NCBI GenBank assembly: GCA_000004985.1
Contig: GG738854.1
Source: Naegleria gruberi
Taxonomy: Eukaryota
Direction: 5' to 3' (one strand)
Length of the DNA stretch: 64,000 nucleotides
The notes under the pieces were generated by a model. That model did no database searches. It saw only the letters and a list, made by a program, of their open reading frames with translations, and was not told where the DNA came from. Below are positions 58,901-64,000 of the stretch, one piece after another; position 1 is the stretch's first letter; each line of letters opens with the position of its first letter. Both the position numbers and the translations under genes were made by a program.

Positions 58901-61900
58901 TCTGTGGTTGCTTCATCATCAGATGCTAATGGAGATTCCTTGTCATTAGCTTCCTATACTTCAATTACCCAAGCTCAAGGAGCATTGTCCACTGTTGGAA
59001 GTGGTTCTTCTGCTCAAATTTCATACGTCCCAACAAGTGGTTTCACTGGAGCAATCAAGCAAATTGTATTCACCATTTCAGATGGAAAGGAGACAAATAC
59101 TGGAACAATTGACGTCACTGTAACAAATAACTTGCCAACAGCCAACACTGGTGCATTTACCTATCACTGGAGACAAGCTTTATTAGCCAATAATATTGTC
59201 TTGACCTCTAGATTTAGTGACAATGATGGTGATTCTGTAACAGTTTCACAAGTCACTTCTGGTGGAAGAGCTGGTGTTACCCTTGTTGCAACCAACACTG
59301 TTAAATATCAATTAGCTTCTGCATGGAAGGGTTCCGATAGCTTTACTGTGCAATTCACTGATGGATGGGGAAGCTCAAGTGCAACTTTCCCAGTTACTGT
59401 AACAAACTCTGTTCCAGTTGCTTATGATATTGCTGTTAATGTTAATCACCTTTCTTCTTCCTCGGTCAGTATTCCAATATTGTCAAGAAGTGATGGTCTT
59501 AAACCAACAGATGCTGATTCTGCAGATTCAGGCGCTCTCACCATCTCTTCATTTACTCAGCCAAGTATTGGTACTGTTACATTATCATCGGGAACTTTTA
59601 CCTTCCAAAACGTTCAAGGCAATTTGGTAAACCAAACCTTTACTTACACAGTTTCTGATGGCTTTGAGACAGTAACTAAAACTATTACCGTAAATATTCT
59701 TGATCAATCTCCAACAGCTAATAGTGTTAGCAAGACCTATCACTGGAAGACTATTCAAAGTGGACTTGACTTGAACTTTATCACAGAATCTTCTGCTACT
59801 GATCCAGATGGAGATACATTGTCAATTTCTGCATTTACTCAACCACAAACAGGTACAGGTACTGTTGCTAGAAAAGCTGGCTCGACAACCAATCTCATAT
59901 ACACTCCACCAGCAGGAACAGCCCCACTTACTGCTACCTTTAAATTCACTGTCAGTGATGGTAGTATTTCAGTTGAAAACACGGCAACAATTTCCTTGAC
60001 AAATACTGCTCCAGTTGCTGTTTCTGATTCGGTTTCCAAGTTGTGGAATAATAAGGTCTTTACCATTAATCCACTTGCTAATGATTCTGATGGTAACGGA
60101 GACACAATTACAATCTCTAGTGTTGATTCAACTTCTTTGATTCGTGGTGCTACTTTAACTATCTCTTCTGATAAGCTCTCTATCACTTACACCTATACTG
60201 GAAGTGGTGCCACTGGCACAGATAGCTTTAAGTATACTATTACTGATGGAGCATCTACCTCAACTGCAACAGTGACCATCACATTTACCAATCAAGAACC
60301 TGTTGTTTCATCTGTTACTCAAAGTGTCAAGTGGAATTCAGCACTAACTGTTAATTCTTTATTGTCTAGTTGTTCAGATGCTGATGGAGATACCTTGTCA
60401 TTTGTTTCTATTTCTTCAGGTCAATATGGTTCTGTTGTCACCAATGATGCATCAGTTGGAAAGATTACCTATACACCAGCTGCATCTATTTCCTATACCA
60501 GTAAACCAAATTCTGGCAGATGGGAAGCTGTTGATGTATTGACATTCAAATGTACAGATGGTTTGGCTGAGAAGTCTGGCACTCTCTCTATCACTATTTG
60601 GAATACTCCACCAACAGGAAGTAACAAGAATGGAACCTTTACCAGAACTTACAGCTCTCCAACTCTATCAATTCCAGAGAGTACTTTCAAGACTGGTGCT
60701 AGTGATGCTGATTCCGATACCATTTCTTTGAGCGCTGTCCAAATGTATTCCTCATCAGATTCTTCATGCTCAGTGGTTTTGCAATCTGACAAGTCAGTTA
60801 AATTCACTTATGGTCAATCCTTTGTTGGAACTCAACAATTCTATTTTACTTTGAGTGATGGTCAATTGACTAATACATACACTTACACAATTACTATTTC
60901 CAACACTTTAACTTGTATGGATTACACTCTCACAACCACAAAGAATAGTGCAGCAACTCAATTCGAAGATTCCATCAAGAGTCAATGGGCAACAAACTTT
61001 GGTAGTGAATCAATTACACTCTCAATAGTATCTACAACCAATTTGAATTCTGTTGGTACCATTACAACTGTCAGCAGTAAGCTCACCTATACCCCCACTG
61101 CCAGAAGATCATGCACAGGAACTAATTGTTATGCTGTTTATAGAGTTTCTAACACTGCTTCCCAAACTGCTGATTGTAATATTTATGTAGTACAACCAAA
61201 TAATGCACCAACTGCAACTAATTGGGACTATGAATTCTCTATTAGAAGAGATGGTAACGATGCTCGTACTTTTGATTATTTGACAGACTCTGCTGCTACC
61301 GATTCTGATACCTCTGACAGTCTCAGCATTTCAATTTCTAGTACTGGAACATGTAGCTCTGCTGGTACTTTGTCAATCGTTAGTAATAAGATTAGCTTTG
61401 TAAGATCCTCATCATACGCTGATCAAAGATGTACATTTACATTGACAGTTAGCGATAATGATCTTTCAAATCCACGTACAACTTCTGTAATCATTGGTAT
61501 CAAGCCAATTAGCTCTCCACCAATTGCAGTCAGTGATTCCTTCACAGCTGTTTACAATAACAAGATTGATATCCTTGCATCTGACCTATTAACTAATGAC
61601 TACGATCCTCTTGGGGGTACTTTTGTATTTGCTGGTATTGATTGCCCGGATTCTACATATTGTAAAAATGCTGGAATACCAACCATTTTGAATCCAAGTG
61701 ATAGTGCAAATAATAGAATTATCAGAGTTTTACCAAAGACTGGAAGTTGTGAAGCCGAAAAAGTCAGATACAAGATTACTTCTGTCCAAGACAGTACCAC
61801 TGCCTATGCTGATATTAATATCAAGTATAGTAATTGTGTTTGTAGTCAAATATTCGATTTGATTTTCATTTTGGATGGTAGTGGTTCTATATCAGCAACC

Positions 61901-63403
61901 AATTGGAAGAATATGGTTTACTTTGTAACAAACATTACCAGTGGATTTGATGTTAGCTCAACCGGTACAAATATTGGTATTGTACAATACGGTACTGATT
62001 CTACTCTTCACTTATCTGTCAACGCTGGTACCTCAAAGACAACAGTCAATAACATGGTTTCAAGTATTACTCAAAAGAAGAGTAGTACAGCCACCATTTT
62101 GGGTATTAACACTGCTGTTAATAACATGATTAATTATGGTAGATCTTCTGTGGCTAACAAGCTGTTCATTCATATTACTGATGGTGAGTCAAATGTTCCA
62201 TCCAACTGTTACTCAATGTACTCTCTTTTGGGAGTAACTGATACCGTCTCAAACAGGTTCCCTGGAAAATCGTGTTTAGATTGTGACTGGACTAATTCTA
62301 GTTCTAAGGCTCAACCATGTGCTGAAGCAACAATTAGATCAGCTGAAATCAATTCTTGGAAGGGTTATCGTCAATTAACTATTGGTATAGGTGATGGTGT
62401 AACATCTTCATTCGGTATGAGTCAAATTCAAAAGATGAATTACGATCCTTTAAAGTTCTTCGTAGTTGACTGGAGTGATTTGACCAGTATTTATCAATCA
62501 ATTATCGATGAAGCTTGTAATACTGTAACTACCTCATCTTCTTACACTAAGAGACCAATTTCAGATTTTGATTATACCATTTCATTCACATCAAGAGTTG
62601 TAACTTCAAGAACTGCTTTTGATTCCACTTTTGAAATCACAACCTTTACCTACACATTGAAAGCTCCATCAAGCAGTGCAAGTGGTGCTATTACTCGTTT
62701 CACATTGGCCAACAATATCAATTCTACATATTATAATACCTACAATCCGTCATTCCCTGTTTATGTTGGTACTGATGTTGTTTCCTCACTCTCTGGTTTC
62801 ACTTGGGAATCCTTGCCAAATGGAAAAATTGTTTCTCTCGGGTCAACCAAGACCTTCTCTGTCTCTGTCTATGGAAATGTTCCAGCTGCAAGTATCTCTT
62901 ATGCAATTACTGGCTCATCTTCATATGCAGTTTCAACAATTACAGGACCCGCCACATCTGCCACCTATTCGTTCATTCCACCAACTTCTGAATCAACAAC
63001 ATTGAGAGCTACATACTGTTCTTCCACAAGATGTATGATTCGTGCAGTATTCACTTCTCCAATGCAATATGCTGATGTTGCTAAGGTCTGTAAATTGTGG
63101 AACTCTAAGGCCATTCCTGTAACCATCAAGACAGCCACAGAAAAAACAGAAGTTGCCAATATTTCAGGTGGATACACATTCTTCATTGGCTTGAATAAGG
63201 ACAGTGGATCTTGGAGATGGGTTGATGATAAGTCAGTTGCTTCCTACACTGATTGGAAATCTGGTGAGCCAAACAATAACAGTCCAACCAGTTACAGTGA
63301 TTATTATGTTTGGGCTCAATCAACAACTGCCAACTCTCCTTGGTGGAATGATGTTCCAATGGTTTACACAGTAACAGCTGTTGTTTGTCAATACAAGTTG
63401 TAA
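52931..63403 (+). CDS. Giant secreted adhesin-like protein (3490 aa): signal peptide, about 28 tandem bacterial-type cadherin-like/VCBS repeats of about 100 aa, VWA domain, C-terminal C-type lectin domain
   Basis: Uninterrupted 10.47-kb ORF with an ATG start at 52931. The N-terminus MVIVSVVATVIMISTSVG is hydrophobic. The repeats carry the signature (V/I)xNxAPxAxxDxxxxxxxxxxxxIxVLxNDxDxxGDxLxI, for example VVNTPPVAVDDTITVPKGVLSSLDVLINDSDPNGDAIDF, VVNTAPVANDDTISVKW..VLANDYD, VFNSAPVPVNDQATTHW..VLSNDSDPEGDNLYI and VTNQAPVALGDYV..VLANDTDANNDPITI. The VWA domain has a MIDAS motif: DLIFILDGSGSISATNWKNM...IGIVQYG...HITDGESN. The C-terminal CTLD reads CKLWNSKAIP...FFIGLNKDSGSWRWVDDKSVASYTDWKSGEPNN...WAQSTTANSPWWNDVPM..VCQYKL, with the EPN and WND Ca/carbohydrate-site motifs. 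Confidence 0.85.
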   Translation: MVIVSVVATVIMISTSVGYNPPEPKPDSLQAYKNTAYTIYPLLNDVDPKGNNLTLVNITQPLYGTAKLLAGNKVQYTSPKYYAGNETFYYTVYNGYGYAESYVKIEVLNRVPEIVTIYKDISKNSQNNIIDVFNYVTESGAQISDVDGDILTIVSITTPNVVGAVATIVDSQFIYYTPPTGYNSADFFNFTITDGNSTVSDTIYINVLNDAPTSNPDDYVIPKNKVASLNLLANDYDVNSDNITIVTAKSGLGSKGVVVFSDDGLSAEYYPSADTKVYSDAFEYTITDGDKESATYVFVRVKNSPPTMESKTITIPKNSENNTISLEYAESDILDTVTITVSKKPTRGTFTLSQLSTSNNVNYLNQQWMVVTQNTYTLIYTPEKSVSYTDSITFKIDDGYDFTYATFTLNIVNLPPVTINDTIVCQKNQQVTLDVVANDYDLNGDVLKLSSSAADWTNSRGGATVSRVDDVQLKYVAKSGFLGEDVASYVVTDSDSTAALTSTGYVIVTVVNTPPVAVDDTITVPKGVLSSLDVLINDSDPNGDAIDFNATSFTSTSGVVSSVNVTSPRNLLNYQAFDVVYQDKITYTIKDIDGATASATITLNVVNTAPVANDDTISVKWNTSIVIPVLANDYDQNPADRSVLTVKTINAVSLSGGVATSFNGGKSILFTPTPGFVGSFVFTYTITDSDLESNAATVTVTVFNSAPVPVNDQATTHWRDTSVTVDVLSNDSDPEGDNLYILSATQPSKGTVSIVTLDNGKDGIKYSISSSQQFVGEETITYTVTDYSMTAVATLKVTVTNQAPVALGDYVKLHWSTSSITIPVLANDTDANNDPITIGTVTPPNGFAGTITKIDSNTKLQFVPTAQSKGVQVVTYVASDGQTTSAGASLTIEVTNADAPSASTISKTVHWSTQTTGTTITLFSSARDGDGDLNQIDLASSPTVAPSHGTVTLSNGDSNTLPNVLYKQSTNYLGSDTFKVQVTDGADNAIYTVNMNIYNNKPTLTAASTTGHWSKFASGYSVDAILLTSAQDADSQDTLSLSSISPMDFITINGNQITFLPTGSFAGTKVYTVNITDGIEISSTSWTVTVQNNDPSAVTTTTTIHWSKGFELIDVLSTITDADSDSIDFSLVSTAATAKGTPSIQVSGSKKLVLWTLPSVSVSMLGSSSFSIQYTDGWKTKEATYTVSVTNSAPVATDKSTTLHWSKYSTGVLIDVLSGATDTNSEDSISLTSSPFSSPSHGTVSVSAGKALYTPTQGYVGSDSFTYSVTDGLETSTKTVSLTITNQKPVANSDSVTIHWNTSFVDINVLGNDVDSDAEDTPIIKTGSVTTPTQGTASIVDATLGVIRYTPSQSVTTGAKTFTYKVTDGAEISTSAATVTVTVTNANSPSASSLSNTMHWRSALVGTSYSLFNSATDPDGDALKINILTNPSGTYSINSDGTSVFFQTASASKGVQTCTYTISDGLSTSSSATITTTVTNSIPTAQDISLKYHWSMIGTGLTIDAISKATDSDAADIANLKLNSVSPSQTYGNVVSMSQDKTKIIYQPTNLQVGNDTFTYSVTDGLDISTSYTVTVEITSTQADPSDQIYSVHWRAVPIDFNVLQNVSSSGSDQPILDGIDTPASHGTVAISQDQKYVTYSMGSVYVGTDKFVLNYHVGLSNNKITVTVNIYNTQPTGTSKTVSTHWRTPININLLTGANDADSLDIPNLSVQLSSTPSKGGLSTVSSGSVTYTPETSTSAFIGTTSFNFKINDGNLLSSNVPVSVTVTNTAPKSSSKSVNVLWSDFVSGKELSVLTLSPADSDDNSDPIRVKSFGSTSKGTVVAKGASGSDANIAIIKGVTGEKYIGAVSFTYVVTDDAANGDVTTTVSVNVYNNKPVAVSDSVTTHWNVNYIDIDVLANDSDPDSNSLSIASVYGSSATTAPIITGGKIRYYPKTSTVGTVDVFKYELSDGAQSSEGTVSVNVTNTKPTTSSFSQTSVWSAVKNGVYFSVVASSSDANGDSLSLASYTSITQAQGALSTVGSGSSAQISYVPTSGFTGAIKQIVFTISDGKETNTGTIDVTVTNNLPTANTGAFTYHWRQALLANNIVLTSRFSDNDGDSVTVSQVTSGGRAGVTLVATNTVKYQLASAWKGSDSFTVQFTDGWGSSSATFPVTVTNSVPVAYDIAVNVNHLSSSSVSIPILSRSDGLKPTDADSADSGALTISSFTQPSIGTVTLSSGTFTFQNVQGNLVNQTFTYTVSDGFETVTKTITVNILDQSPTANSVSKTYHWKTIQSGLDLNFITESSATDPDGDTLSISAFTQPQTGTGTVARKAGSTTNLIYTPPAGTAPLTATFKFTVSDGSISVENTATISLTNTAPVAVSDSVSKLWNNKVFTINPLANDSDGNGDTITISSVDSTSLIRGATLTISSDKLSITYTYTGSGATGTDSFKYTITDGASTSTATVTITFTNQEPVVSSVTQSVKWNSALTVNSLLSSCSDADGDTLSFVSISSGQYGSVVTNDASVGKITYTPAASISYTSKPNSGRWEAVDVLTFKCTDGLAEKSGTLSITIWNTPPTGSNKNGTFTRTYSSPTLSIPESTFKTGASDADSDTISLSAVQMYSSSDSSCSVVLQSDKSVKFTYGQSFVGTQQFYFTLSDGQLTNTYTYTITISNTLTCMDYTLTTTKNSAATQFEDSIKSQWATNFGSESITLSIVSTTNLNSVGTITTVSSKLTYTPTARRSCTGTNCYAVYRVSNTASQTADCNIYVVQPNNAPTATNWDYEFSIRRDGNDARTFDYLTDSAATDSDTSDSLSISISSTGTCSSAGTLSIVSNKISFVRSSSYADQRCTFTLTVSDNDLSNPRTTSVIIGIKPISSPPIAVSDSFTAVYNNKIDILASDLLTNDYDPLGGTFVFAGIDCPDSTYCKNAGIPTILNPSDSANNRIIRVLPKTGSCEAEKVRYKITSVQDSTTAYADINIKYSNCVCSQIFDLIFILDGSGSISATNWKNMVYFVTNITSGFDVSSTGTNIGIVQYGTDSTLHLSVNAGTSKTTVNNMVSSITQKKSSTATILGINTAVNNMINYGRSSVANKLFIHITDGESNVPSNCYSMYSLLGVTDTVSNRFPGKSCLDCDWTNSSSKAQPCAEATIRSAEINSWKGYRQLTIGIGDGVTSSFGMSQIQKMNYDPLKFFVVDWSDLTSIYQSIIDEACNTVTTSSSYTKRPISDFDYTISFTSRVVTSRTAFDSTFEITTFTYTLKAPSSSASGAITRFTLANNINSTYYNTYNPSFPVYVGTDVVSSLSGFTWESLPNGKIVSLGSTKTFSVSVYGNVPAASISYAITGSSSYAVSTITGPATSATYSFIPPTSESTTLRATYCSSTRCMIRAVFTSPMQYADVAKVCKLWNSKAIPVTIKTATEKTEVANISGGYTFFIGLNKDSGSWRWVDDKSVASYTDWKSGEPNNNSPTSYSDYYVWAQSTTANSPWWNDVPMVYTVTAVVCQYKL

Positions 63404-63677
63404 ATAAATCTAATTTGTAACCTTTAACATCATGGCTTACAATAATCTTAACAATATCAACTTGATTTTAAACATAATAAAACCAAAGATCCAAAAATTG
63501 ATAATAATAACGATGATCATCTGATATCCAATAATATTCTATTTATCATCAATGCAACAATTATTCAAGCTTACAGCAATGTTGGAATAATGTTTTAAAA
63601 ATAGATTTAAAAAAATACAACCAAAGGAGAAGTGAACAAAAACATCAAAACAACACTCCAGCAATAATATTAAAAAA

Positions 63678-64000
63678 ATGACTTCTTCCGACAATAAGAA
63701 TAACTCTGCTTCATCATCGAAGGATGGCAGTAATAGTACCACTCCTGGTAAGAAGGCTATTGCTCTTGCTGCTCCAGAATTGTCAGAGGAAGATCAAAGA
63801 TTAAAGGACGATCTTGAAGAAATGGTCAATAATATTTGTAATTCACCACAACAACAACGTACTGCCTTGGAATCTCTCAAGGAAGAATTAAAGAAATCAC
63901 TCACAACAGCTGTTACTACAATCCCAAAGCCTCTTAAATTCTTAAGAATACATTACGAACCACTCAAGGAAGCTTACGAAAAGAATACTGCTAGAGATAA
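63678..64000 (+). CDS. RPN1: 26S proteasome regulatory subunit Rpn1/PSMD2, 5' end only (continues beyond the window)
   Basis: [10 protein letters not shown]...[21 protein letters not shown]...[41 protein letters not shown] matches the conserved PSMD2 N-terminus ([20 protein letters not shown] ... [22 protein letters not shown]). Confidence 0.8.
   Translation, partial: MTSSDNKNNSASSSKDGSNSTTPGKKAIALAAPELSEEDQRLKDDLEEMVNNICNSPQQQRTALESLKEELKKSLTTAVTTIPKPLKFLRIHYEPLKEAYEKNTARD

Overview
This is eukaryotic nuclear DNA, not prokaryotic. It is AT-rich (about two-thirds A+T), uses the standard genetic code, and has short GT-AG introns of 41-138 bp. Genes are tightly packed, and some convergent pairs sit only 32-108 bp apart. 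The scaffold has three N-gaps (6581-6648, 7765-11217, 16207-17601) and two C-strand telomeric tracts of (CCCAAA)n, the reverse complement of TTTGGG, at 6649-7128 and 17602-18074. The second tract abuts the middle of a coding sequence directly. The first 18 kb is subtelomeric-type DNA with several components. A 3.06-kb block is duplicated at 1-3056 and 12569-15624 at roughly 99.8% identity. Each copy carries a degenerate non-LTR retrotransposon 3' fragment inside a palindromic pair of inverted repeat arms, plus an 83-bp tandem duplication. There is also a ~585-bp tandem repeat family, and a frame-disrupted 5' copy of an NHL-repeat/EGF receptor gene. From 18.1 kb onward there is a dense run of protein-coding genes. 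It starts with an N-terminally truncated receptor Ser/Thr kinase (NHL beta-propeller repeats, about 13 tenascin-type EGF repeats, transmembrane segment and kinase, one 41-bp intron). Next come a kinase with about 15 DUF4116-like repeats, an EGF + TLDc type II membrane protein, a LanC-like protein, a MORN + VPS9 protein (ALS2CL-like) and a Cache-type receptor with a degenerate class III cyclase domain. After those come a BTB protein, a LOG-family gene with 3 exons (cytokinin riboside 5'-monophosphate phosphoribohydrolase), an ankyrin + kinase gene with 3 exons and a multi-TM RING E3 with 2 exons. The most striking gene is an intronless 10.5-kb ORF of 3490 aa. It encodes a secreted giant protein with about 28 bacterial-type cadherin-like/VCBS repeats (the N-D-A-P-x-A-x-D-D ... 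V-L-A-N-D-x-D-x-x-G-D signature), followed by a VWA domain and a C-terminal C-type lectin domain with EPN/WND motifs. The window ends with the 5' end of the proteasome subunit Rpn1/PSMD2. I cannot name the organism. The receptor Ser/Thr kinases, LOG, cyclase and compact genome fit a free-living protist; the CTLD/VWA/EGF/NHL content looks holozoan-like. The ORF track translates alternative start codons (TTG/GTG/CTG) as M, so many listed ORF starts are not real ATGs. ORFs that span N-gaps or telomere repeats ([16 protein letters not shown] peptides) are artifacts.
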